Shown here one piece after another: positions 13,641 through 26,981 of a stretch of DNA of 64,000 bases; position 1 is the first letter of the stretch; every line of letters starts with the position of its first letter. The DNA is from Octopus sinensis (taxonomy: Eukaryota): assembly GCF_006345805.1 (NCBI RefSeq), contig NC_042999.1, positions 123,380,001 to 123,444,000 on the forward strand, in the 5' to 3' direction. Made by a program: the position numbers and the translations under genes. Below the pieces are notes generated by a model. That model was not told the origin of the DNA. It ran no database searches and was given only the letters and a program-made list of their open reading frames with translations.

Positions 13641-16600
13641 GCAATTACACCATGGTCTGAACTTGGGATTTCAGTTTCTGATGGGATCCAATTACTACAA
13701 CTTTAAGTTCTTTCTTTTATTTTCTTTACTTCTAGCAGTTTAGTTTACTGTGTTTTTATTCGGATTCTATCATGTTGTCATAAATATTTAGTCTTGGTTT
13801 ATATTTCTTAATAAACATATTTTCCTAATTTAATCAGAGTTGGACTGAGATGTTCCTGATACATTGATATTAAAAGAAAATTTGGTATTTGGAATATTTG
13901 TTTGTTGCACAGTATTTAAGTCACTCAATGGCACAAACCAACTGTAAGATTCCAAGTGTAATAAATCTATTTCACTAACCATGTCAACCAAACAAATTCA
14001 AATCCTCTCTTAAGGGCTAAACTTCAGTTCAAAACCACAAAATTCCAACGTGAATGAAATACTGAGTGATATTTTAGAATTTTATAGAAAACTTCACATA
14101 TCAAAAAAATTGTTCAACATGGGAATTAATGATGAATCAATTCTACATAACAGAAATAACTACAGTACAGCAAAAGATAGGAACCAAACTTTTGACAAAT
14201 TCTGTGATTTTGTAACCATTTTTTAAATATAAATTACCACTTCCAAAATTTAAATCAAGCACTTCAAAGAATGGGTATCACCAATAATCTTAAGAAAGAT
14301 CACAATATAGTTATCAAAATAGTTGATAAAAGTGGTGCTGCAGGCACTATGGAATTGGAGTGAAACAAAAACACTGCATTATCTCTACATTATGACATCT
14401 GTTATGAACAGGTAAACAATTACTAACAATCTAAAAAGAAACATGAAACTCAACTCACTACCTTCATCCAGCAGTTTCAAAAAACTTAATAGGAAATGAA
14501 AGAAACTATTTAACTGGATTTGAATGCAAAACCAGCAAATTTTATGGACTTTCATAAATCCATAAGAGCAAAGCAATAAATGAAGCATGTATGTTAACTT
14601 ACTTCATCCTAAAGATCCCAAATTAAGATAAGTTGTAGCAGGCATGTACTGTGATACACATAGACAAAGTAACTTTATTGGTGTACACCTAAAACCCAGT
14701 CTTAAATATATATCAAGCTTCATAAGCCATGACTTAGCCTTTCTAAATAAACCATCTCCAAAATAAACCAACTCCAACACTACCTCATTTGATGTAGTAT
14801 ATCTCTACAACACAATTAAACATAAGAATGGAATAGAAGCTATAAAATTCAGCAGGAAAAGTTTTCCAAATGACCTACCTGAATGAATTGAGAAAAGATA
14901 TGTCATTGAAGGATTAAAGTTTATCCTACAAAATAACTTTTACAATATCAATGACAACATTTACAAGCAAATATCTGGGACTAAGTTTGACTTAAAATTA
15001 GCTCCTATGAATGCTTATCTTGTTATGACATACTTAGAATTTCACGTATACAAACACTTCTGATTAAATTTTGGCAATAACTTCTTTAAATATCTATTCA
15101 CCAAACAGAAATGCTACCTGGACAACTGTTTCATCTCATGGATACACAGTCAGGATCGACTGTATGAGTTTAAATCCCTGATCAATAACATAAACCACAG
15201 TATCCAATTTACAATGGAATATATTAAAAATAACAACCCTTCTTGGATATTTAATAGTAAAAGCGATGCAGACATTGAAAACGATATCTACTTCAAACCA
15301 ACAGATTCAGAACAATACCTGTTATTGTCTTTCTGCCTTCCAAAACATACAATAATAAATATAGCTTTTAACCTGATAAGAAGAATCTGCACGATTTGTA
15401 TCCAGCCCTGAAACCTGAGAGAAACAACTTCAAGAAATTAAATGTATATTACTTGTAAGACAATACCCAGTCACTTTAATCGATAACAGAATAGAATGTG
15501 CAAAAACGACAGATGCAAGAATTACAAAAAGCAAGAAACACCCCTGATACACTCAATACTTTACCTTAACACACAATAAAAGAAATAAAAAGCTTATACC
15601 ATCATCGATGAGGAGATTTAAGTTTTGATGAATGATCCACAGAGAAAGCTGTACTCAAAACAAAAAAAAAATATACAGATAAAAGATTTTCAAAGTCTTT
15701 TTTTTTTAACATTTAAGTACTTGCACCAAATAACCTGCCAAAAATATAACTCCAATAGTCCAAAAGTGTAACCTCCCTATTTGTGAAATATACATCAGTT
15801 TCCTTCAGAGCTCAATAGATAAATTTGAATCAGGTCACACATTTACTGTAAAAATGTCATTTCATTTCACATGAAAAAAATTAATTCATGCTATCAAATG
15901 CATTGGATGTAATGAAGATAAAAGGGATAATTCTTATGCAAAGACTGATGATTCACTGTCAACAAATACAAAATTCCAATACCATATAAGATAATTGTTA
16001 TGAAACATCTGAATCTTTGTCCAACAAACAAAACATCTCAAATGCCAAAGTTTCCATTTATATCAATGTATCAAGAATACCTCAGTACAATTCCAATTGA
16101 ATAAAAGAAATATGATTATTAAAAAAACAGAAAAACAAATCTGAATACTCTATAACAATGCAGTATATTTGACTCAAACAACTAGAAACAATGAAAATAT
16201 TTTAAAAATTTAAAGTCATAGTAACACTTATCCAGCAGAATATGAAACCACAGTTTAATTATTGATACATACTTTCAACCCTATCTGCCGATATCATATT
16301 AGGATTTATCAATTTTATAACGTTTTTGGTTCAAACCAAACTGAAAGGGAAAACATAATAAAACAATTGGTGCTATCAAGTATTCAATAGAATAGGACAT
16401 CATAAAAACAAGAAACTTCTTAATGAAAACAGCCAACTAGAACACAACACTAAACGGTTGTCAGACAGAATCAAGTAATCTGGACATTTGATAAACAATT
16501 GACATCCACATACTATCAACTGAATGCTAGACAAAAACAAGTGATTAAAATGTATGATTAAAAAAATGATGTTCCCAAGTGGTCAGCAAACCAGAACACT

Positions 16601-17709
16601 AGGTTACTGGCAGATGAGAACAAGTGATGTTCTTGAGGAAATAATTAATCTAGACTTGAACCTATGTCTTAAAACCTATGTAGCTTGGAATAAAGTTCAA
16701 GTTCAACATTCAAACTACTGAAGCAAACAGTAAACCGTTCTACTTCATACAATACAACAGAACCTTCTTATATTTTTAAAATCTTCATATCTAATTGCAA
16801 ACATAATTTACTGGTATGGATCTTACTGAACTCTCAAATATATATCATGTATTATTGCTATGAAATTTATCATGAATTTCAATGTTCATTATTTCTTATT
16901 ACTGTAAAATTTATTGAACCCACAAATTTTCATTGTTTAATTTTGTTATGAAACCTGGTTGTTGAGCATGTTTTATTGCCATGTAACATTTTTGTGCATA
17001 TTTTCTTTTGAATTTTCATTTCATTTATTTAGCATGGGAAACAATAACATTGCCAAAACAGGTATGATTGTTTGAAAATCAAAATAAATTTTACAAAACT
17101 TAAATTCATTTTAGGATCCAGGTAAATTTTCAACCTCAAAACTAAATTTTTTTATGTCTCATCTTGTGCGCTGGACACCTTTCTTATATACCAATACTCA
17201 ATTAACTGTCTGTGGCATAGCTATTTGCCATGGATTCACATTCTCAGTTAAACAGGGGTGGGGAAAGCTTGCCATATTTGAAGTTGGTACCATGTCACCG
17301 ACAAGTGTAAATCAAAGTTTTTTCTTTTTACTCCATCTCTTTGTAATTTCTCAAAACCTCTCTTATTCTTCAATACACCTCTCTCTTCATCTGTTCCCTT
17401 CATCTCATTCAACTTTGCCTATTTCTCCTTTTTCATTAGTCTTTCCTTCTTCCTTCTCACACTATTTCTCCTACCACTTTTTGTTCACATATGAACCTTA
17501 CGTGGTCCTGTGTTCATTATCAGTTGTAGCCACTCTTTTTATAAATAATAGCATGTAAATATTGGGATATTAAAGGTGGGTGTAAGTGAAAATAGAATGG
17601 TGTCAGAGCATACTCTTATGATAGCGAAAGGTGAGTGTAAGAGAGAATATGAACAGAAGATTGGTAAAGGTGAGTGGGGTCATTCATTTGAATGTGTGAA
17701 GAGAATGAT

Positions 17710-18380
17710 ATTTACATTATTTACATTTGCCGGATATTTGTCTTCATCTTGTTTGTTGTTAGCACAACATTTCGGCTGATATACCCTCCAGCCTTCATCA
17801 GATGTCTTGGGTAAATTTTGAACCTGGGTTCTCATTCCTAAGGTATTTTTCGATGTTGTTATTATTATTCAGGTCACTGCCTGGAATCAAACTCTGAATT
17901 TGTAGCCCATGCTCTTAACCACTACACCATATACCCGTGGGCAATTATATAGCAAATTTTAGGGCTTATAAATCTAATATTTTCCTGGTTCCCATATGCT
18001 ATTCATATTTGCACTCGGTCTGCTTAGGTGGTTGTTGTGTTCTAGCATATGTTCTGTTTCTTTTAGTTTTCATATTTTCCAGCAGTGTTCTCTGTCTATT
18101 TTAACTTCATCCCACAGGGGGAGGTGGTCTCCATTTTTCCATACATGATCAGCTATATTTGATTTATCAATATCTCCTTGTGTCACAGCTTTGCGATGTT
18201 TCTCTACCCTTGTTTTGAGGGGCCAGCAAGTTTCGCCTTTGTATAACCTACCGCAACTGCATGGGATGGAGTACATGCAGTCTTTGGTCATATTCTCTTC
18301 TATTGGTGGTTTTACCCAAAGGAGATATTTGCGAAGTGTTGTATTACTCTTGAATATTGTCCTGATGTCATATGAACCAC
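17710..18380 (-). mobile_element. 3' fragment of a Penelope-like element: GIY-YIG endonuclease plus terminal repeat
   Basis: ORF 18070..18291 CMYSIPCSCGRLYKGETCWPLKTRVEKH..SNIADHVW; its downstream 17710-17935 is homologous to 46968-47200. Confidence 0.85.
17762..17806 (-). ncRNA. Minimal hammerhead-like motif in the PLE terminal repeat
   Basis: Minus strand reads gacat CTGATGA a ggctg gagggtatat cagcc GAAAT GTT gtgct; GAAAT is plausibly GAAAC after CpG decay. Confidence 0.6.
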
Positions 18381-19784
18381 ACAGTTATAAATGGATGTAG
18401 ACATGAATATAATGAATGGAACAAAGGGACAGGTGTGGTAGATGGTGGATATCAGTATGGGGAGTGAAAAGATAACAATAGCTAAAGAAAGAGGGGGTGA
18501 TAAGTAGCAGTAATATTTACTGGAGATGTGGGTTCATATACCATGAGCAAACCTTAACATTTTCTATCCAAAGAGTCTTTCATCATCATCACCAATGTGG
18601 CATGAATTGAATGATGGCAGGATCCAACCAGCCAGAGGAATGTATAGAAATCCAGTGTCTGCTCTGGCATGTTTTCTATGGCTGGATGTCCCTCTAAATG
18701 CCAACCACTTGGCAGAGTGTACTGTGTACTTTTTCGGGATATAAGCATTGATGATGTTATCAAGTAGCATGCAAGAAAAAGAAAATATATCTCTCAACTA
18801 CAGTTAGTTGTAGTAGAAAGGGAGACGAGTTTATATAATGAGGTGAGATGTTAAAGTATAATAGAGGTATGTGTCTTGCTATAAAGGAAGTACACGATGT
18901 CCCTATATCATAAAAATGAGTGGGAGTAGTTGGAACGAGAATGGTGATAGTTACAAGGTATTTGAGTATACTCTCATGATACAAAAAGGTGAGTGTAAGA
19001 GAGAATATGAACAGAAGACCGGTAAAGGTGAGTGGTCGTTCATTTGAGTGTGAGACGAAAGTAGCAGATTATAAATGGATGTAGAGGTGAATGTAGTGAA
19101 TGGAACAAGAAATAGGTGTAGTAGATGGTGGATATCAGTATGGGGAGTGAAAAGATAACAAAGGCTAAAGTAAGAGGAGGTGATAAGTGGCAGTACAGAA
19201 AGCATAATTGTACATGAGAAAGAGAGAGATAGATGTCAGAGGTATGTAGGGGTGGCTATATCAAGTGGAGGACAAATGTGTGTGTGTGTGTGTGTGTGTG
19301 TGTGGTGTATGAGGGTTTAAACTGTCAGCTGAGAGATCTGCAAAGTGCTAAGGATGAAATATTTGTCACTGTTTTATGTTCATTTTTGCATGCTTCCATG
19401 GATAAGACAAAGTTTATTGGTGTACATTTTCTATGATCAGATGCCCTTTCCTTTACCACTCATCATCTGTTTCTAAGCAAGAAAATATTTTCCAGTGGCC
19501 GGACATGGTTTTCAAGAATATTAGAAATAAATGACATTAATTTGCAGCAATCAAGCTAAATCAAATCAAGGAGACAAATATACTCATACACAAATGCATG
19601 TGCGTGTATGTATGTATGTACACACACAATTAATTTCTTTCGGTTTCTGTCAACCAAATTCACACATAAAAGCTTGCAATTTTAATGGAGGACACTGGCC
19701 AAGGTGCTGTGCAGCGGAAGTGAACTCATAACAATGCAATCAGGAAGCAAGCTTCTTAAACACGCAACCACATCTGGATCCTAT

Positions 19785-19815
<31 letters not shown>

Positions 19816-20257
19816 CATATATATACACACAGATATATGTTACAGTATGATGTATATGCATATGTTATATACCATGAACATATACACTCCATACTATATG
19901 TATACATACTCATGTACCTGTATAAATATTATTGTGCAACGACGTTCTTTGAGGTAAAAACAAGTTTCTTCCTCCTTCGAATAATCAGACAGTTTTTTTA
20001 CCTGAATAGCAGAAATCTTGAGAGTGAGAAATGTCGAATAAAGGGAAAGAGAGGTTTCCTTCAAAGACAGAGATATCTCATTAACAAAACTTAAGGATAT
20101 CATCATTATATTGTAACAAATAAGTATGGGCCAAGAGCACATTTTAGTCTTGCTGACAGTAAGTGCTTTCTATGATTGCACCAGGCCAACCAAAACTTTG
20201 TGACTTGATTTGTAGTTGAAAACTGTATACATACATATATATATACATCCACTTTTC

Positions 20258-20420
20258 AGACTGAGGTCTGGCGAACCAGATGGCTGCACCAGGCTCCAAT
20301 CTGATCTGGCAGAGTTTCTACAGCTGGATGCCCTTCCTAACGCCAACCACTCTGAGAGTGTAGTGGATTCTTTTATGTGCCACCGGCATGAGGGTCAGTC
20401 AGGCGGTACTGGTGTTTTTT
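20258..20420 (-). mobile_element. RTE 3'-tail fragment
   Basis: gctgcaccaggctccaatctgatctggcagagtttctacagctggatgcccttcctaacgccaacc. Confidence 0.75.
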
Positions 20421-21327
20421 ACGTGTATATATATATATAGTGGGACATTTCACAAAGAAACAAAAGACAAAGACAGGTGGTGTAGACAATAAGCAGATGT
20501 ATTAGTATAACACATGGGAAGTGAAAAAGTCTTTAATGTTTCAAGCCTATGCTCTTCCACAGAAAGGAACACAGAAAGAAACAAGGAGAGAAAATAAAAA
20601 ATGTGTAGTGGCTAGTGATCTATCATGCTGAATGCCGGACAGAAGGGTCACACAGGAGAGCTAGTGAGAAGGGGAGATAATAACGTAGTGGTGATCCCAT
20701 ATAGTTATATATGTATGCATATATAATGTGTATATGTATGCATGTATGTCAAAAACAAATTAAAAGTAGCACTAGTGTTGTAAACATATTTGACCACACA
20801 TACTGAAGGTATGTGTTTTGTCTGTTCTCCAGCTCACTGCTCTGTAGTGTGTGGGGGACAACTACCTCATAACGCTTGGTGTTAAAGCACCTGAAAGTCA
20901 CAGACAGGTGAGACAACTCGCATCTGATCCTATTCAGGTGTGATAGATAGCGATGTTTCACCATTTTTATGGCTTGTCAACGTCACGTGCATGAATCAAA
21001 CAAAAGAGGAATCGAATTGTCAGTCCGTAACTATGTATAAATGGTGTAAAAACCATTTGCTGGTATGCCATGGTGATGCATATAAAAGATTAAATATAGT
21101 CATGGTTCAATTTGTCCCTAGTTTGATTTAGGAATGTGATATCGATAAGCCACAAAAATGGCAAAATATCACTATCCCTTACTCCTAAATGAGATCGAAA
21201 GCCTCTCTATGACATTCATGTGTCTTAACACCCGTAGTTATGAGAGTCATACCCCAGGCGCTATGCTACAGCCAATTGGTGAACAAACAAAACAAATACA
21301 ATGAGTATATACACTCGATAATATATG

Positions 21328-21375
21328 TATGTATGTATGTATGCATGTTTGTATGCATGCATGTATGCATTCATG

Positions 21376-21409
<34 letters not shown>

Positions 21410-21418
21410 TGTATGTAT
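21328..21418. repeat. (TATG)n microsatellite
   Basis: Direct reading. Confidence 0.95.
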
Positions 21419-21424
21419 TTAAAG

Positions 21425-21750
21425 GCACCTGGCTTAGTGGTTAGAATATTTGCTCACAATCATGAGGTTATGAGTTCAATTCCCGAAGGTGCATTGTGTC
21501 TTTCAGCAAGACCCTTTATTCCATATTGCTCCAGTCCACTCAGTTGGCAAAAATGATTAGTACCTGTATTTGAAAGGGCCAGCCTTATCACATTCTGTGT
21601 CATGCTGAATCTTCTTGAGAACTACATTAAGGGTATGTGCATTTGTGGAGTGCTCGTCCACTTGTATGTTAATTTTGCAAGCAGGCTCTTATGTTGATTG
21701 GATCGGCAGGAATATTTGTTATCCTAACTGACAGAGTGCCAGGAGTGCCA
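21425..21750 (+). mobile_element. Degenerate tRNA-derived SINE
   Basis: A box tggcttagtgg and B box gagttcaattc at the 5' end. Confidence 0.6.
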
Positions 21751-21764
21751 GCTTATATATATAT

Positions 21765-21812
<48 letters not shown>

Positions 21813-21850
21813 TATGTATGTATATACATGTACACATACACATATATATA

Positions 21851-21898
<48 letters not shown>

Positions 21899-22127
21899 AA
21901 TATCCACATCTGTCTGACTCATGCAAACATCATGGAAAAATAGATGTTAAAACATTGATAATGATTTAATATATAAACATATATAAAGGTACCCATGCCG
22001 GTGACACGTAAAAGCTACTGGAAGTGATTGGTGTCAGGAAGTGTCTCCAGCTGTAGAAACCAAGTCAAATCAGACTGGAGCCTGGTGCAGCTCTCCCCCT
22101 TACCAGTCCCAGTCAAAATGTCTAACC

Positions 22128-22465
22128 AAGGGGTTCTCAACCATTTTTTTAACTATGGATCCCTTTGATTACTATTTTATTCTTGTGGACCCCAAAGCCA
22201 TTCAATGTTTAAAGACTAGTTTTATAGATACTTCTTTCAAAATTCCTATTTTGTTTTTTACACATTCACTTGTGTAGGTTGAACTATGTACATGTCAGAG
22301 AAAGAAACCTGGCTTCTTCTTGCAATACATACATCTAAAGCAAAATTTTTTCAGGGGCTCTTAAAATACTATTGTGGATCCCCAAATTACTATTTAGTTG
22401 AATGGACCCCTAAAAATCTTATACGGACCTTCAGAGGCCTTATGAATCCTAGTTGAGAACCATTG
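22128..22465. mobile_element. hAT (Charlie-like) MITE inserted in an RTE-tail element
   Basis: Termini aggggttctcaac / gttgagaaccattg; near-8-bp TSD gtctaacc/gactaacc; host sequence resumes (aacccatgccagcatggaaaacgg). Confidence 0.65.
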
Positions 22466-23244
22466 ACTAACCCATGCCAGCATGGAAAACGGATGCTAAA
22501 TGATTATAATATATCATTGGTGTAACATTTAGTTTTCCACCAGAAATGTCATTGAGGTAGAATTTTCTACAGCCAGAGACCCTTTTAGATGACCACTCTT
22601 ACTTGTTACTGTGGAGGACTGCAAACAAACAGTATTATTTATATGAATGGTGATGCTATTTGTTTGTAATTAACACATACACACATTTGTATCCTCCAGA
22701 TCATCATTTAACATACGTTTTGCATGCTGGCATGGGATGAACAGTTTAACAGGATCCAATGAGGCAGAGAGCTGCATTAAGCTCTACTGTATGCTTTCAC
22801 AAGGTTTCAATCACTAGATACTCTTTCTAACTGATACACTTTCCAGAGTATACTGAGTGCTTTTTTTGATTTTTTTTTCTTCGTGACACTAGCACTAGTG
22901 AGATTGTGAAGCAATTTACAAGACAAAGTAAAAAAGGCAAGAAGACCCCCACCTCAACTGAATGGGATTATAGTAGTGATGGAGGTGATTTATGTCAGTT
23001 GTTAAGAGACTAAAGTATAATAGAGAGTCAGACACAGATGTCTTGCTACAGAAGAGATACTTGGCTACCTCACATTATATAAGTGTGGAAGTGTGTAGTT
23101 GGAAGGAAGATAAAAGTGTTGGTGACAAGGAATCAGCGTGTACTGTCAAAGTATAAGATGAGTATACGAGAGAGTATGGACTGAGTATTGTGTGGATTGT
23201 GGGTGGATAAGTTTATAGGAGAAATATCTCTTTACTAGATAATA

Positions 23245-23515
23245 TTGATTTCATATTTGGCACAAGGCCTGCAATTTCGGAGGTAGAGATTAGCCAATTA
23301 CATTAACACCAGTGTTCAGCTGGTACTTATTTTATTGACTCTGAAAGGTAAAGTTGACTGCTGTGGGATTTGAACTCTGAATGTAAAGATGTCCTCCTAC
23401 ATGGCCTTGCTTTTGCTTTTTGAGCCAATAAAAATTGAATTGAATTGAAAAAAATGTAAAATACCGCTAAGCATTTTGCCCAGTATGTTAACAATTCTAC
23501 CATCTTGCTGCCTTC
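23245..23515 (-). mobile_element. Degenerate SINE, family B
   Basis: ctggtacttattttattgac..tttgaactc..accgctaagcattttgccc. Confidence 0.7.
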
Positions 23516-23899
23516 TTTTACTTAGTAGTGTTAAGGAAAATATTACCTTACTTGGAAACAGTGCTGATGAAAAGATGACCATCCTGACATTGTTGCCTCA
23601 GCAACAATGGAAAAGTGGACATTAAAACGATGACATTGATGATTATACTGACTTCATTTAATATATGAAAGTATGTTTTGTATTTATATATTTATGTTGC
23701 AATTTTTCAAGTGAGAATGTGACACAAGTATATGAATGGACACAACTTCAAGACACTGAACATTACACCTACTAATCTGATTACAGTAGTCAAAGATAGA
23801 AACTATAGTGGAAATCGGTTTTTCCATGCATGCATGCTTGCATAGATTGGATGGTTTATTTCCAACACAATATGTCACCACCTGTTTTGTTTCCTTGTC

Positions 23900-24420
23900 A
23901 TCTTTTTTTTTTTTTTGTCAGGTTCAACCACCTAATATCAGCTTTCACCACTTCTGCAGATGTCTTCCACAGGTTTCATCAGCGTTGAGTGTCTTGTCCT
24001 TCTTCATACAACTGTCATCCTCCATACATATCACTCGGAAATACGGATTCAGTCTTCCCTCTTGTGCATTACATTTGATATCTTTAACACCTATTTTTTC
24101 TCTCAACTCATTTCTACTCCATCATTCATGCATGCTAATTTTAGAAATCCAGGCGAGTTTGCTTACTTCATTTTCTTTTAATCTCCACACATCTTCTGCA
24201 TTCAGGGTCCAAGTCACACCACTGTGTTTCATTGCAGTTTGTATACAAGTATTACACAATTTACCTTTCATTTTGAGAAAGAAACACTTTTGAAGTCAGT
24301 AGAGTTACAACTACCAACACATCTTTCAACTTGTTTTTACTCTGCATCTATAATTTTATAACACCAGCCTCTACTACTAATTAGCTTAACTAGCGAACAA
24401 AAGATATCAATTATTTCTTG
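23900..24420 (-). pseudogene. Degenerate RTE C-terminal remnant
   Basis: Antisense homology to the LYDACVRTAMLHGSETWAVT region of the 27614 ORF. Confidence 0.6.
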
Positions 24421-24766
24421 GGGGTTTTCCAAGCATTTGACAAAATCTATTTGCCATGTATTCTTAGTGCATATTGCTTCTGTACATCTGTTGCTTACAA
24501 TTCTATCTTCTTAATTACCATGTGTGTAATTCCACTATGCCACTTCTGCAACCATAATTAACATAGGATAGAATGTATGTAATCCTTTTCTGGATTACAT
24601 ACAGAGCATGGCAATTTCCCTGACAGGATCAGAGTCCCGTCTTTTTTTTCCACATTATTAATACTTTAATCTTTGCTAAGTTTACTTTGAAACCTCTCAG
24701 TTCTAGGTTCTGTGTCCAGGTTAGGAATTTCTTCTTTATCTCCATAATCTGAGTGTGTGTATTCTA

Positions 24767-24803
<37 letters not shown>

Positions 24804-24841
24804 GTGTGTGTGTGTGTGTGCGTGTGTGTATATAATATATA

Positions 24842-25245
24842 TCATCATCATCATCATCATCATTTAACGTCCACTTTCCATGCTAGCATGGGTTGGACGA
24901 TTTGGCTGAGGACTGGCGAACCAGATTGCTGCACCAGGCTCCAATCTTGATCTGGCAGCGTTTCTACAGCTGGATACTCTTCCTGACGCCAAACACTCCG
25001 AGAGTGTAGTAGATGCTTTTACGTGCCACCAGCATGGGGCCAGTCAGGCGGTACTGGCAATGACCTCGCTCAAATGTTTTTCACATGAAACTGGCACAAG
25101 TGCCAGTAAGGCGTTGCTGGTAAAGATCACACTAGAATGGTGCCTCTTACGTGCCATTGGCACGGAAGCCAGTTACCTGCTCTGTCAACGATCACGCTCG
25201 GATGGTGCTCTTTGCACCCCACTAGCATGGCTGCCGGTCATCAAA
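24842..25245 (-). mobile_element. RTE 3'-tail element
   Basis: (atc)n tail plus conserved 3' core. Confidence 0.8.
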
Positions 25246-25399
25246 TTTGATTTCAAATATATATATATATATATATATATTACCTTTTACCTGTAACTGG
25301 TTTCAGCCAGAGACTGAAACCATGCTGGAGCACTGTTTTTTAGTGTGATTTGGGTTTTTCTGTATTGTTTCTGGTTAATTAATGAGTTGAACAGAACAT

Positions 25400-26430
25400 C
25401 TCACAAATCTCTGAGGCTGTTTGGCAGAGTGTTGAATAGTTGTAAACCCCTAAAACTAAAGCTGTTATAATACTGAATCCTTATATGAGACAGACAAGAT
25501 GGGATCTTAGGTATTATGCTATGGCATCCATTTCGGTGGTTTGCAAATCTTTCAATTCCAAAGTTGGTAGTTAGGCCTTCTAGGGTCTTCCATAAGTATA
25601 TCACTTCATATCTATCATGCCTTCTCTCTAGGGAGAACTTCAGCTCCTTTAGCTTCTCCAAGTAACTCATCTGTAGCACTGAGTGAATCTTCATGTAGAG
25701 GTGCTGCTTTGCTTCAAGTTCTGGTAGAGGTAATCCAGATAACTAGGAATGAAAATTTTCCATAGCAGTAGTATGATATCCTTTTTTCCAGTTCTGAATG
25801 ATCCCAAATTCTATCTAGCTACTCCCCTGCACAGTGTTGCCATCTTGGAAATATGCATCATTTAATGATACATCATTACATGTAGATTCCCAGGTCATGC
25901 ACCAAGTCTGACTCTGGAAATGTAATAACCCCTCGTCCTGTGTATTTCAACTGTAGTCTGTTTGTGTATTGATTGTGGAGTGCTTGAAAATTCTTAGAAC
26001 TGAACAGTATACTATTTTCATCGGCCCACTTGTATATTGCAATCAAGCCCTCCTGCTGTTTTAGGATGTTACCAGGGTCCTTTACTGCTTGTGATACTTT
26101 TGTATCATTAACACAGCTAGTGAGAGTGGCTGACTGTATAGCTAAGGACATTTCTGAGAGATCCCCTTTAAACAATAGTGGCCCCTGTAGAGTTTCCTGA
26201 GGGAATCTACCAAAAATTGATGTCTCCTCAGAGAAAGCACCATTGTCTGCAACTGTCTGACTTCTGCCTTTCACAAAGTCATGCAACATCTATTTCAACT
26301 TTCAAGTGATACCAAGGTCATGAAGCTTGTGACATATCATCCAATGATCAACTTTATCATAGGCCTTGCTAAATTTGAGATATAACATATCCACATTTGA
26401 GTGGTTGAGCTGTTTTTTCAGTACTCAGTT
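25400..26430 (-). pseudogene. Degenerate CR1/L2-type LINE reverse transcriptase
   Basis: VDMLYLKFSKAYDKVDH, FVKGRSQTVADNG..PQETLQGPLLF, IYKWADEN, DLGIYM, SLERRHDRY..LFNTLP. Confidence 0.75.
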
Positions 26431-26562
26431 GTAATATCTGTGGACCATAAAGGAGGGACCTTCTTAGTATTCATTCTTTTAACATTTTTGGAAGTTTACC
26501 ACAACAAGGAAACTACAGTGGTTGTGTGAGAGCATTCTAGCATTTCTTTAAAAGAATAGTTA

Positions 26563-26600
<38 letters not shown>

Positions 26601-26606
<6 letters not shown>

Positions 26607-26783
26607 GTGCTGAAAACTTCCTGGTTTTAACGCCCAACATTCTGAGTTATTTTATAGGGCTTAGAAAAACTAAGGGACTGCTGCAACAAGTGTGTGAAGC
26701 TGAGAGAGGAATATGATAAAACTATAATTAACTGATCTTGTATTTTCTTTTACTCAAAGCCAGGAACTTTTCAACATCCCCTC
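26601..26783. mobile_element. Tc1/mariner-type MITE
   Basis: TA-flanked TIRs tgagaggtgctgaaaacttcctgg / ccaggaacttttcaacatcccctca. Confidence 0.75.
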
Positions 26784-26981
26784 ATATGTATATGTATCTA
26801 TATATCTATCTATCTATCTATCTATCTATATATATATATATATATATAATATTATTACAAATTTGAGATTTTACCAATAGGACCACAACTTCAATTTCAG
26901 GACAACCTTATTTTCTGGAGTACACATAGAAAGTTATATCTAAAATACTAATCTAATAATATAAGCATTTTAAAGCCTACT

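Larger units (their letters stand above)
11905..17155 (+). mobile_element. Degenerate Penelope-like element (RT + GIY-YIG) with long inverted terminal repeats
   Basis: Fragmented ORF ~13940-16150: VINL..GLNF, IVIKIVDKSGA, NFYGL..IHK, FDVVYLY, YKQISGT, YLDNCFI, INHSIQFTME, DIYFKPTDSEQYL, LIHAIKCIGCN. Left arm 11905-13915 (minus SINE inserts) is the reverse complement of 16010-17155. Confidence 0.85.

Noticed and set aside
17270-17315. Possible hammerhead just beyond the right arm of the large PLE
   Set aside because: Too many core mismatches (TTGAAGT, GACA) to support.
19955-20005. CTGATTA..GAAAC hammerhead-like string on the minus strand
   Set aside because: G8 is missing and stem I is unconvincing.
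24666-24765. Possible terminal exon EYTHSDYGDKEEIPNLDTEPRTERFQSKLSKD
   Set aside because: The acceptor lies in a TA microsatellite with no polypyrimidine tract; no other support.
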